Assembly: GCA_951406725.2 (NCBI GenBank)
Contig: OX597814.1
Coordinates: 110,794,001-110,858,000, forward strand
Source: Octopus vulgaris
Taxonomy: Eukaryota
DNA length: 64,000 nt
Direction of reading: 5' to 3'
Part shown: piece after piece, positions 36,799-48,760 of the stretch
Layout: the number at the start of each line of letters is the position of its first letter
Numbering within the stretch: the stretch's first letter is position 1
Notes under the pieces: generated by a model
Database searches by the model: none
The model's input: only the letters and a program-made list of their open reading frames with translations
What the model was told of the DNA's origin: nothing
Made by a program: the position numbers and the translations under genes

Positions 36799-38480
36799 TG
36801 GCAGTTGAGGTGGTAAGTCATGGGTTTTTAAGCTTGCAACTGGATTCAGTATGTCCTTTACAGTTACATGGATTTAATGACAGGAGGGCAATGATTCGTG
36901 AATTGGAGATGGAAGCAGAGAATACTTAATCAAAGATATGGCAAACACCTGCGAGAGGAAGACCAAAGCTAAGTGCAAAGAACACATGCTCAGTAATTGA
37001 TGCTACATGGTTAGTGGTTGCAGCTGCATTTAATTTGGTGGCTGCATGGATATTTGGTGGTGGTGGTGGGAGCATAATGTAGTGCATTTCAAAAGAACAC
37101 AAAACATTTCCTAGTTGTTTCAATGCTTCTTCCTTGCTTTCCTTGAAGGATAGATTCTGTTGGAAGATGCCAAAATTGTGATCTCCTGTCAACAGCTAAT
37201 GAAAGGAGTGCTACCCTGCACTGAAGGCTGGTATGAAGTATTTACATATCAGAGCAGCTGCTACAGAATGCTGCCTGTGTACAAGTGGTCCATTTCTGTT
37301 ATCATCAAAACAGTTGCTACAGAATGCGGTCTGTGTACAAGTGGTCCATTTCTGTTATCGTCTGTGACCGACCAATCCTATATCACAGCTACTTCTAAGC
37401 AACAATAAGTTATTGTACTTCCAGATATTGACGAGAGAACTTTTTAATTTGGCTTTAAGTACCATCTTTTGCTGTTGTTGTAATAATCTTTGCTTTAAGA
37501 AATCCACTTTCAAATATGTTTTCAGCTTATTAATGTTATTTTCATTAATTGCTTTCTAGACCATTAGACCATCTTTTAAAACTTTAAACTCTAATTTAGA
37601 ACAATGGTGCCAAAATTATTTGGATCTCGATTAATTCCTCTCTCCTCCCCTATTTCTATTCTATTAATTAAAAACCAGCCTCATGAATAGCAGTCTGAAC
37701 TACACTCTGGAAGATAACAACTCAAATAAAATTCAATTGAGTAACAATTAATTTCACAATCTATTCCAAATGCTATTAATCACCTAATAATCCCACCCCA
37801 CCCCACTTCTTTAAGATGAAGAAAATCACTCATTTAGATGATGTCCATTTAGGGTCATACAATTCTTCGTCAAGTAATTATCTATAAAACTGTGACCTTC
37901 CTCAACTCCAATAGTTTGGGCTGGACAGAACCATTATTTTCAGTCATGTTGCTTCCAGTTTGTCTGTCTGCCTGTTGGATATTTCAGTGGCATATTGGTA
38001 ATGAAACACCAGTGGTAATAATTAATCAATTTTTACTCCATGAATTCATTAATTTTTATGTCTGTTTTTCTGTGCTAGCTTGGACTAGATGAAGAAGATA
38101 TTGTTTTAGCGGCATTGTTTTATGTCCTCCTTATTGCTAGCCCTTACCTGTTTTTTTTTCAACCATTTTCCCAATTGCAAAGATGGCAAATAATTTGTTG
38201 TCAGGAGAATGAACAACTTTGCTGCTTGTTGCTCAGATTTTGGGAGGTGAGTAAATGTGTAAACACACATGCATGCATGTGGTAGGCTTCTTTCAGTTTC
38301 TCTCTACCAAATGCACTAACAAGGCTTTGGTCAGCTAAGGACTGTAGAAGACATATGCTGAAGGTGTTGTGCAGTGATTGAACACGAAGTCATGTGGCTG
38401 GAAAGTGAACTTGACTATGCAGTTATGCCTGTGCTCCTCTGCCTTCTCCTCTCTCTCTCATATATACTTATGTACATATA

Positions 38481-38871
38481 TCTATATATGTAAAGCTGAA
38501 GTTGTCTGTGCATGGTAGGTTTGGTAGCCTTCAACTAACACTATCTCCTCCGAGACCCTGCGGTGTAAGTTGACCAAAATTGAGAGTATGATAGAAGAAG
38601 GCTTGCTCTTCATTCCGTAGAAGATAAAATTCAAATCGGACCATGTTAAGACCAAAAATTATTTACATCAAAAAGGTGCTTTTTTTTCAATGAAATTCCC
38701 TAGTTTTTACGATTTTCTAACTGCTGTGTCGCCATTTTTTGGTGTATTTCAACCAGAAAAATGTTCACTTTAAGAGAATAACAAGCTACTTAATGCAAAT
38801 TTTTTACTTTTCAAAAATTCCAATTCTAAAGGATCGAAACAAACCCGAGTAATGCCGGGCGATACTGCTAG
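38481..38871 (+). mobile_element. Non-autonomous Helitron
   Basis: A|TCTATATATGTAAAG 5' end; 3' hairpin CCCGAGTAATGCCGGG shortly before CTAG|T; no TSD. Confidence 0.85.
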
Positions 38872-38909
38872 TATGTATGTATGTATGTATGTATGTATGT
38901 ATATATATA

Positions 38910-39075
38910 TAGCACAGTCTGTAAAGTGGTTGGCATTAGGGAGGGCATTCAGCTGTTGAAACCATACCAAAGCAGACAATTGGAGTTTGGTGCAGCTCTC
39001 CAGTTTGCCAGCTCCTGTCAAACTGTCCAACCCATACCAGCATGAACAACAGACATTACATGACGATGATGATGA
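38910..39075 (+). mobile_element. RTE LINE 3' fragment
   Basis: Family tail with (GAT)n. Confidence 0.7.
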
Positions 39076-39470
39076 TATAAACTAGTTGAGTCAGTTATGC
39101 TCAGGTACTGGAGTTCAGGTCTTCAGGAGGTTGGAGAACCAGCCAAGAGAACCAGCCAAACGATAATAATTCTTCCCCTGAATGTTAGCAGCTGGCATCC
39201 ATCCATCTTCTTGAGCAAGGTCTGTAGTACCAAATGAGATCATTTGAAAGCAGGAGGTGTAGATATTGTTTCAGCCATTATAAAAATCAAGTCCAATTCA
39301 TAGAGCATAGCTGAATATTTTTATAAATGGAAACAAATTTAGATGCAAAACAAAAAAAGATTAGGTTCTACTGCTTGTGGTTGTGAAACTGCATGCTAAC
39401 GTTTTGAAAATGGGGTTTTTAAATGAGGCCTAATAACTACATTGTTACAATATACACTATCTATATAGTG

Positions 39471-39704
39471 AAGGCGGCAAGCTGGCAGAAATGTTAGCAC
39501 GCCGGGCGAAATGCGTAGCTGTATTTCGTCTATCTTTATGTTCTGAGTTCAAATTCTGCCGAGGTCGACTTTGCCTTTCATCCTTTCAGGGTCGATTAAC
39601 TAAGTACCAGTTACACACTGGGGTCAATGTAATCGATTTAATCCGTTTGTCTGTCCTTGTTTGTCCCCTATGTGTTTAGCCCCCTGTGGGCAATAAAGAA
39701 ATAA
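39471..39704 (+). mobile_element. Family B SINE
   Basis: 21-bp TSD ATATACACT(A/G)TCTATATAGTG at 39450 and 39705. Confidence 0.9.
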
Positions 39705-40110
39705 ATATACACTGTCTATATAGTGTTCACAAGAGAGATAAACAAGTGTGTTTGTGAGTGGTGGGGAGAGAGGATAGTAACAATCAGCATGAAATACAGA
39801 AAGGAAAAAAATCAACCATTCTATTACAACCTCATCTCTCCTTTTGAATCCAGTCTGATTTAACCCAGGAGGTCTTTGGTGGAACTAGAGTTATGTGCAA
39901 AATCGAGGAAACAGTCATTCAGAAATTGAGGTAGTGTTTCAAGACTAACAGATAAATATTGATTTCAAATTTTGAGTGTGAGGCCAACTATTTTGAGGGA
40001 GGGGATAAGTTGATTCCATCAACAACCCCAGCATTCACCCTGAAAGGATGAAAGGCAAAGTTGGCCTTTGAAGAATTTTGAATTCATAACATAAAGACCG
40101 ATGAAATACC

Positions 40111-40338
40111 TATTTCTTTACTACCCACAAGGGGCTAAACACAGAGAGGACAAACAAGGACAGACAAATGGATTAAGTTGATTATATCGACCCCAGTGCG
40201 TAACTGGTTCTTATTTAATCGATCCCGAAAGGATGAAAGGATCAGACGACCTCGGCGGAACTTGAACTCAGAATATAGCGACAGACGAAGAAATACCGTT
40301 AAGCATTTCGACGGGCGTGCTAACGTTTCTGCCAACTC
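40111..40338 (-). mobile_element. Family B SINE nested in an older family B SINE (~39960-40401)
   Basis: 14-bp TSD ACCGATGAAATACC at 40097 and 40339. Confidence 0.9.
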
Positions 40339-40905
40339 ACCGATGAAATACCACTAAGCATTTTGCCCAATGTGCTTAGGATTCTGCCAGCCTGCCGCCT
40401 TGCAGATAAATATTAACACTTATAATGTAAGTATGATGCTGTTAAAATTAAGATGATAATATGTTTTTGTTTAGTATAATCCTTAAACTTCCTAAGAACA
40501 GTAGTTTTGATTACTGCATCATATAGAACACTAACCATTCGGCTTAACTACTTAACTACCACTTACGTCAATATCCTCATTATTATAGCACTCGATTAAA
40601 CATGTGTAGTATAAAAGATCAACACAGTTTATAATGGTTGTAATCACCCCTGTACATATACCTTCCCTCTTTGCCATACCCCCTGAAATGCCATCTCACT
40701 TTCCATTCCCAGCGGGTGTGGGCACCCCAGGTTGGGAGCCCCTGTTTTAGTTCAATGGGTATTATTAAAATTGGTTGCTAAGTGTCTGGTTTATGATTAG
40801 CCTAATGACTAACTAACTTCATTGTGTAAGATATCAAATGTAGATGAATGACATTTAACAAAGAACTTGACAAAACTTTGTCAGTTTTTCTCCTCCATAT
40901 TTAAG

Positions 40906-40970
40906 GAATTATTTATCATTGGAAGAATTGTACTGGAAGTTTGTATTGAATGTAGAGGTTGGTATTTAGA
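40906..40970 (+). other. Candidate small exon with tandem donors
   Basis: TTTTTCTCCTCCATATTTAAG acceptor; GTAAGT at 40971 and GTGAGT at 40985. Confidence 0.3.
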
Positions 40971-41198
40971 GTAAGTGATCTTAGGTGAGTTTTCACACAC
41001 TTAAGTACAACAAATGTCATTCTGCAATGAATGGACTGTTGAAATTTGAATAGAGAATGTCACAAGTAAAATAAAGCAAGGACAAGGTGTTTAAGAAATG
41101 ATTTAGTATTTGGATTGTTGATATATGGTGCTCACGTAATCACACTCTGAGACTGTTTAATGTGATTGGCAACTGGCTTTATTTGTTTCGTAGAAATA

Positions 41199-41553
41199 TC
41201 TCTCTATATATAAACGGCAAAATGTCTGTCTGTGTGTGTGTCCTTTATACAAATCCACAATTTTTCAGTTAGAGGGCTTGGTCATTCAAAACCGTCCAAG
41301 GGTGGTCGTGCACATCTTTACATTTCCCCAGTCACCCCACAAAGCCATTAAAAAATCAATAGAAGTGACTTTTTTGTGAATTTTCTATCCAAAACCCAAT
41401 CAAAATGCCCAAAACTTGATACGCCAATTGAATGCCAGCTAGCTGTATGTGGTTGGTCGGAAATTTGGACAGTACTCGCGTGTATGTGCGCACGCACACA
41501 GCTGTATGCATGCACTAGCACTATGACCCAGCATTGCCGGGTCATAGTGCTAG
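41199..41553 (+). mobile_element. Non-autonomous Helitron (second family)
   Basis: A|TCTCTCTATATATAAAC 5' end, short (TG)n, 3' palindrome ending CTAG|T. Confidence 0.85.
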
Positions 41554-41578
41554 TGTGTTGATAAAATATTTGTTCAAA

Positions 41579-41945
41579 GGCAGAGACATACCTGTGTGAT
41601 TCAGGAGCTTGCTTCACTACCATGGGGTTTCCAGTTCAGTCCCACTGCTTGGCACCTTGGTCATGTGCTTTCCAATATAACTCTGGGCCAACCAATGCCT
41701 TGTGAGTGAATTGGGTTCACAGGAACTGTGTGGAAGCCCATATATGTGTGTGTTTGTGTTTCTTTCTGTTTGTATCCACCCTTCCTATCACTTGACAACT
41801 GTGTAAGTTTGTTTACATCCCTGTGACTTAATGGCTCAGCAAAAGAAACTGATAGAATATGTACCAGACTTGAAACATTATTACTGCAGTGGACTTGAAT
41901 GAACCCCAGCTTGGCCACAGCCCAATGACTGAAGCAAGTAAAAAA
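41579..41945 (+). mobile_element. Family A SINE
   Basis: Colinear with the other copies. Confidence 0.75.
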
Positions 41946-42228
41946 CAGATATTGCTGCCCTATCAGTGGCTTTGCCTCACATCCAGCATTGACTTGGAAT
42001 TATAAGCCCTTTATGTTTAGCCCTTTTGATTGCAACCCGTTTTGAGACCAACCCTGAGATGTGCCTCTCTTTCTTTTCAATAGAAACCTCCTGCTTTTAA
42101 GTGATCTGCTTTTATAATAGCTAAGATATTTTGGTAAATTCTGTGTTATTTAAAAAATTTATTGAACAAAAGGCAGTGTATTTCAGCAGAAAAATGGTAA
42201 TGAATGGGTTGATGATTTTTCTGAAGAT

Positions 42229-42684
42229 GGGCACAGGCATGGCTGTGTGGTAAGAAGTTTGCTTCCTGACCACATGGTTCTGGGCTCAGTCCCACTGTAA
42301 GTGTCTTCTACTATAGCCTTAGGCCAATCAAAGCCTTGTGAATGGATCTAGTAGATAGAAACTGAAAGAAGCCCATCATGTGTGTGTGTGCATGTGTGTC
42401 CCCCTACCACCGCTTAGCAACTGGTGTTGGTGTTTGCATCCCTATCATTTAGCAATTTGGCAAAAGAGACCAATAAAATAGGTGTGTTTGACCCTTACTA
42501 CTGCTTAACAACTTGTGTTGGTGTGTTTACATCCCCATAACTTAGAGGTTCAGCAAAAGAGACCAATAGAATAAGTACCAGGCTTTGCAAAAAAATTAGT
42601 ACTGGAGTTGATTTGCTCAACTAAAATTCTTTAAAGCAGTGCCCCAGCATGGCCACAGTTCGATGACTAAAACAAGTAAAAGAC
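42229..42684 (+). mobile_element. Family A SINE with internal tandem duplication
   Basis: The segment ...TGTTGGTGT...GCAAAAGAGACCAATA occurs twice (42400-42480, 42490-42570). Confidence 0.8.
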
Positions 42685-42917
42685 AAAACTTTTCCATCTA
42701 AGCACATCTCATTCGATGGCAGTTAAGACCCACTCTTCTCTCCAAAAATGTCTCAAAAAGTTTCCCATGGTCCTGCATGTCAAGTGGAACCCATATGCTA
42801 ATATTGCATGCTTTAACTTAAATTTCTGAATATTACATTAAAATTTTTACAGATGATTGAAAATAGGTTAAAATGAAAAAATTAATCCTTTACTTCAAGT
42901 AGAAATCGAAATACTTG

Positions 42918-43445
42918 GTGTCCTATAAATAGGACACTGAGACAATGTGATATAGATTATTTAATAGTAAAGATTGTTTGCCAACATAACATGGCAGTCC
43001 TGGTTTAGGACGAATGTTGCTGTAATTTATTTAGCCCCAGGAGACATCTTCTCCAGCTGGCTAAACGACACGATCTGTGTCCTTATATTTTCAAACAAGG
43101 GAATCTAGGACCCCCACTCAGCTCTAAACAATATCTGTGTATCGCGATGTCCGGGTTATTTCCCTTCATCAGCACAGAATAATTGTTCAGCTGCTAAATT
43201 CCCGTTCGAAATATATAGTTTTCAAAGTGACAACTAGTCACTGATTTATAAATTAGAAAATTACTATTACAGCAACATTTGTCCTAAAGCAGGACTGCCA
43301 TGGTATATTGGCAAACAATCTTTACTACAAAGTACTGTTGCTGAATATCTCATGTTGTGAGATTTAAGAATAGTAATTTTCTAGCTTATTTAATGTTTTC
43401 ATTTAGTGTCCTATTTATAGGACAGTGGGACCTAATGGGTTTTAA
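42918..43445. mobile_element. piggyBac-like element with internal inverted repeats
   Basis: Palindrome GTGTCCTATAAATAGGACAC near both ends; ~60-bp inverted arms 42966-43025 / 43266-43328; right end GTGGGACCTAATGGG-TTTTAA. Confidence 0.6.
43128..43187 (-). ncRNA. Type I hammerhead-like motif (GAAA->GACA lesion)
   Basis: CUGUG-CUGAUGA-A GGG aaauaa CCC G-GACA-UCGCGA-UA^CACAG; palindromic stem III AUCGCGAU; stem I extends via AACAAU/AUUGUU. Confidence 0.55.
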
Positions 43446-43495
43446 TGCACTAAACACATTTCACTGGTTTAGTTCTGCTGAAATTGAGGTGTGTC

Positions 43496-44050
43496 TTAAC
43501 CCCATGACAACAGTTTTTTATTAGGCAACTGGGTTGCACTGAAGGTAGCCCTCTCAGCTGAGATCAGCAATTAGTGCACGACGTTTCGGCATATATTTAG
43601 GTTCACCACTTCAAAGCATGCACTGATTACTTATGTAAACTGTCATCACTGCAAAGACCATAAATTCAACAAGACTAGCATGGATGGATTTGACTGTAAA
43701 TTCCGTGAAGGACCAGAAGAATTTGCTGAACGTGTACAAATTTGATAGGAAGTCATAGTGGAAATGGTGGTGCAACCACCAAAACTGCTGCTTTTATACA
43801 ATTATGGTGATGAGGTCTTGAACTGAGTTGGAAATAATTACATGAAGAATCTAACAAACCTATCAGATTCCTTGAAATTTGCATGGTGGCCCCTATTATC
43901 GATTCTGTGAGTGATAGTGGATATTTATATCAACTGATACACAAATGAGTACAAAACTGCAGCAGATAGGGCTGCGTAGATTTGCGTTTTCTGTTCCAAA
44001 GTGAGTACACAGTGCACACAAATTTACTTCAACGGGTGTTATGGGGTTAA
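43496..44050. mobile_element. piggyBac-type non-autonomous element
   Basis: TTAA-CCCCATGACA ... TGTTATGGGG-TTAA. Confidence 0.75.
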
Positions 44051-44404
44051 TATGCCTGTGTATTTTATGCCATTGTCATGAGTGTGTTAGGTGGATGTTC
44101 TGTTGTGATGACAGGATGAGTAGATGAATGAAAATGTATTTCTTTGGCTGCATGAGGAAGATTTTATTACTGTACACAGGTAACCTGTGTTGGTCTTTTA
44201 CAACAGCAATAATTATATACTGGGTGAGACATACTGATTGGAGTTTATGGCAAGCTTATTGATACAGCAACATGTGGATGGCCTGACACAACTGGAAACA
44301 ATTGTGCCATATTCTTGGTGACGGAGATTCCTGACATCCATCTGCCATCTATCTTAACTGTCTTCCTGGATCTTCTGGCTGTGGCAAGAATAGAGACACA
44401 TTTA

Positions 44405-44634
44405 AGGTGGCAAGCTGGCAGAAATGTTAGCACGCCAGGCGAAATGCTTAGTGGTATTTTGTCTGCCATTATGGTCTGAGTCCAAATTCCGCCGAGGTCA
44501 ACTTTGCCTTTCATTCTTTCGGGGTCGATAAATTAAGTACCAGTTGCCCACTGGAGTAAATGTAATTGACTTAATCCCTTTGTCTGTCCTTGTTTGTCCC
44601 CTCTATGTTTAGCCCCTTGTGGGCAATAAAGAAA
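44405..44634 (+). mobile_element. Family B SINE
   Basis: 20-bp TSD CAAGAATAGAGACACATTTA. Confidence 0.9.
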
Positions 44635-45493
44635 CAAGAATAGAGACACATTTAGTGTAATTAAAAAATATATATTTGATTCCACTTACTGTCAAATTTA
44701 ATTGACATATTGAAAAATTTTAGTAATTAAGAAATTGTAAACATCTCGTAATTTCATATGCAAAAAAAAAAAAAATATTAATTTAATGATTGCTTTAATA
44801 AGGATTTCATTAATGACAAGCTACCTTTAAGTAATCTAATGAGAAAGTTGCAACAACATGATAGAGATAGCAGCCATATCTATTCCTTGTTACCTCTCTA
44901 CTAACCTTTTTGATATCAACACACCTGAATCTGCCTCTGAGACTGCTCCTGGTCCTTTATTTTAAAGTCATCTAAATTTAAGCCTTCCATCAAAATTTCA
45001 TGTTAAATTTATGTTCCAAACTCCAGCTTAATTGTGATAAAGTTATTTTACTAAATTCTTCATTGTTTTCATAATTAATTGAAACGAAGATGGTGTATTT
45101 TAACAGAAATACCGTAACAAAAGTCCTCCACCAACGACCTTCTTACACACCATAACAAAACCAAGAAACAGGCTACCTCATGGCAAGGTAATATTACCCC
45201 ATGGCCAGATTTGCTTTTCAGAAATGATTAGAAATGACCCATGCCTGCTTGTTTACAACCATCATGTGATGTCAAGACAAGGGGACACATACGGGGACAC
45301 ACTCACACACTGGACACACACATACGGACACCCACATCTACAACCATCATGTGATGTCAAAACAAGGACACACACACACGTAGACACATGGACACTCACA
45401 TGGAGACACATGCACAGAGAGGATTGTATGACTAATATTTGTTTACAACCATGTGATATCAAAACAAGGGGACACACACACACATGGACGAGT

Positions 45494-45537
<44 letters not shown>

Positions 45538-45899
45538 GCTTTTATGCAGTTTCTGTCTACCAGATTCACTCACAAAGTATTGGTTGGCCCAGGGCTACAT
45601 AGTAGAAGACATTTGCTCAAGGTGCTGCTTAGCGAGACAGCCTGAACTTGAAACCAAATTGCTGCAAAATGAGCTTCTTAACCCCACAGACATTCCTGAA
45701 AATTTTCAGGTGGTCTGGGAGACAAAATGGAATATGAAGAAAGATGATGAAAGGCACCAGTTGAGAACAGCAGAGTAAATATGGATTGAGGAGTGGGGGT
45801 TGCAATGAATTGAACAAAATGCTGTAAATCAGTGGGTGTCAACTGGAGTCCATATGACATCTGGGGATTCGTATAAAGATTTTTGGCACCCATGGTCAA

Positions 45900-46112
45900 T
45901 GCCAAGCCCTCCTGACTGGCTCCTCTGCTGGTGGCACATAAAGAACACCCACTATACTCTGCTGAGTGTTTGGCGTTAGGAAGAGCATCCAGCTGTAGAA
46001 ACGTTGCCAGATCAGATTGGAGCCTGGTGCAGCCTCCTGGCTTGCCAGTCCCCCGTCAAACTGTTCAAACCATGCCAGCATGAGAAGCGGATGTTAAGCA
46101 ATGATGATGATG
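45900..46112 (+). mobile_element. RTE LINE 3' fragment
   Basis: Family tail; an RTE-like peptide remnant (WETKWNMKKDDERHQLRTAE) lies just upstream at ~45715-45778. Confidence 0.7.
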
Positions 46113-46643
46113 AGAGGTCACCATTGGGATGAGGATTTACCTGTGAAACACTTTCATGTTCTTGCAACACTCATGTGGAAATTATTGGATGTTAATACCT
46201 TACCCCCTCTCTCTTCTACAAAACACAAAGAAACAAAAAAAAAAAAAGCAAGTGTGATAAAGGTGTTGCTCATATTGAGTCAAACAATGAAAGTAAATCT
46301 CGTTTTTTTTTGTTTTTTGTCGTTCCAAACTGCAGCCACATTAGCAAACAATTTCGTTTTATGACTAACAAACGTGGATCAGAAGATGAATAATTCAATG
46401 AAATAGTCTACATCTTAATAATTTAATAATCAGTATTATGAGTTAACCAAGTACGGTTTCTGTACAATTCATGAGTCATTAGGATTGTCAACCTGTTGTC
46501 TCAGGGATTGACAGTTCAAGCCCAAACACTGATATATTGTGTCCCTAGACCATGGGCACTCATTTGTGATGGCCCTGTTCATTTGGCTGTAGTTAGGCAG
46601 GATACACCTTACTGCTTTTAGTAATGTTCTTTCATCTTATGCT

Positions 46644-47207
46644 TCTGTCATTAAACTGTGACCATGCTGGGGCACCACCTTGTATGAATTGACCCCAGCT
46701 CTTTTTTTTTTTTAAACCTGGTACTTATTCTGTCGGTCTCTTTTGCTGAACTGCTAAGTTACTTGGACATAAAGAAACCAACACTTTTTGTCAAAGCAGT
46801 GTAGCAGTGGGGGACGCACGCACAGACACACCCACACAACTGACTTCTTTCAGTTTACTTCTACAAAATCCACCCACAAGGCTTGGATCTTTTCACTTTG
46901 ACCGGCAGATTTTAAAAATAATTTCTTTGTAACTAAACACTTTTAAACTTCGTATACTGGTAGAATGTGTTACATAAAACATCTTTTTCTCTTGGCTTTC
47001 TTGAGAAAATTCTGTAGTTTGTAAGCTATTTGTTGTTAAATTTCTTGCATTTTGGCAATTTCAACCAATCAAAGCCTTGATCAGTCTGAAGCTACAGTAC
47101 AAGACACTTACTTGCACCTCCCCCCCCCCCATCACCAAGGTGCCACACAGTGAGACTGAACACGGAACCATGTGGTTTGGAAGCAAACTTCTTACCACAC
47201 AGCCACA
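46644..47207 (-). mobile_element. Family A SINE interrupted by an unrelated ~185-bp insertion (46885-47070)
   Basis: The SINE body breaks after CACAAGGCTT and resumes at AAGCCTTGATC; the insert starts GGATCTTTTCACTTTGACCGGCAG (DNA-transposon-like end). Confidence 0.7.
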
Positions 47208-47315
47208 CACCAGTGCCTAGCCATGCAGTGAGTTTGAGTAACAGCAATAATGACTTATGACTTCTTGTAGTCTTTAGTAGACTTAGCTTTTTCTGTGCTG
47301 GTCTTGGTATTTCAG

Positions 47316-47423
47316 ACCAAGAAAATACTTACCTGTGTACAACAGCCAGTCGTTTCTATGTAGCAGGATGTATTTCTTCTCGAGGCACAGCTGAAGCACC
47401 TGAGTCAGAGACATGTTGCACAG
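47316..47423 (+). other. Candidate 108-nt symmetric (phase 1-1) exon
   Basis: TCTTGGTATTTCAG acceptor; open frame QENTYLCTTASRFYVAGCISSRGTAEAPESETCCT; weak donor CAG|GTGACA. Confidence 0.25.
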
Positions 47424-47570
47424 GTGACACTGAATCACTGAACCTTCAGTTGTCTGGTGCCTTATTGATTCAGGAGCAGAGTGCACTGTTATTCCTCTGA
47501 ATCACTCAGCTTTTAGCTACTTGTATGGTACACATCTGTCTGGTTTCTGACTCAGGGATGCAATACCATA

Positions 47571-48167
47571 TCAACCCTTTCATTACTGTATTTATTTTGA
47601 GATGTTCTCTGTTTCTTTCAATTACTTTAAATCATCATCATTTAATGTCCGTTTTCAATGCTAGCATGGGTTGGACAGTTCGACCGGGGTCTGGTAAGCC
47701 ATGGAGGCTGCACCAGGCTCCAGTCTGATGTGGTAGTGTTTCTACAGCTGGATGCCCTTCCTAACGCCAACCACTCTTTTTACGTATCACCGGCACGAGT
47801 GTCTTAACTACAATTTCCATTTGATTTTTATTTTGATGTTGGTGTTGACGTACTTGACTCAATAGGTCTCCTCAAGAACACCGGGTCACTATACAATCGA
47901 AGGTTAGCACAGCAGGCCATCCTGCGAGCCATGAACTCACTTCATTTGTCGGGTCTTCAGTCACAGCATATCTCAGGAGTCTCAGTCTTTGTCATTTTTA
48001 AATATAACAAAGAATTTAGTAAAATAACTTAGTTATCATTAAGCTAGTGTTAGGAACATAAATTGTGACAAAGGTTTGGTGGAAGATTTTAATTCAAAAC
48101 TTATGTAAACAAAACATTTGTACTCAGTCAGAGCCAGTTTCAGCCGGGTTGGTAACGAAAAGGTTAA
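47571..48167 (-). mobile_element. MITE family D split by an RTE 3' insertion (47632-47997)
   Basis: MITE halves join at TTTAAAT; the RTE insert extends to a degenerate ORF C-terminus (minus ATGACAAAGACTGAGACTCCTGAGATATGCTGTG). Confidence 0.8.
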
Positions 48168-48564
48168 TGACTGTTTGGATCACTGAGCTTTTAGTTACTT
48201 GTATAGGACTGAACTATTGGCTTTCTGCAAAGTTATAAGAGAAGTTTTTGTAGTTTACAAAATTTCTAGCTTACAGAATTAAAATATAATCCTACCCCTG
48301 CCAAGGGCCCAGATCTATGAGAGTGTTGTATTCTATCTAATTGTAGAAAAGCTTTTAATTTATGAAAGGGACAAGCCAGCACATTACAACACCCTCAAAG
48401 GTGGTGGATTTAAAGACAAATTAAGTCATGAAAATGCCAGTAACAAGTCTAGAACACAAAATTCTTGTGTACAGGGTAGGGTGAAGTCACAAATGAGAAC
48501 ATTCAAGTAAGTGTATAACAATAGTATAGTTATTCTATGACTTGACTTGTCTCTGAAGCTGATA

Positions 48565-48760
48565 TTGTCGTTTAGCCCCAAGAAGTCAACCGTGATTGAG
48601 CTGACGTATGATTAAAGTTGTTTCAGATGTGGCCTTGGCAATTTTCTAAGCTTTATCTTAGACGACTTTATGTAATGCATCTTTCTTATTAAAAAAAGAA
48701 AAGATGATTTGCTTGCTATATCTAGCAGGTCCCGAGAACACGTAATAGCTCCTTACTGGT
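48565..48760 (-). mobile_element. Additional dispersed SINE-like family (3' part)
   Basis: Shared TTTAGCCCC...GATTTG.TTGCTAT.TCTAGCAGG blocks with 49140-49330; inverse-orientation remnants at 9070-9180 and 56270-56405. Confidence 0.5.

Noticed and set aside
36840-37230. 88-aa minus ORF
   Set aside because: Looks like a heavily decayed CR1/L2 ORF2 end with stops; too degenerate to call confidently and not a host gene.
43575-43630. Minus-strand CCGAAACGTC (Penelope-type HHR 3' half)
   Set aside because: No CUGANGA box or stem II partner upstream.
45224-45778. Longest ORF (184 aa)
   Set aside because: Runs through SINE sequence, (CA)n (His-Thr runs) and an RTE remnant.
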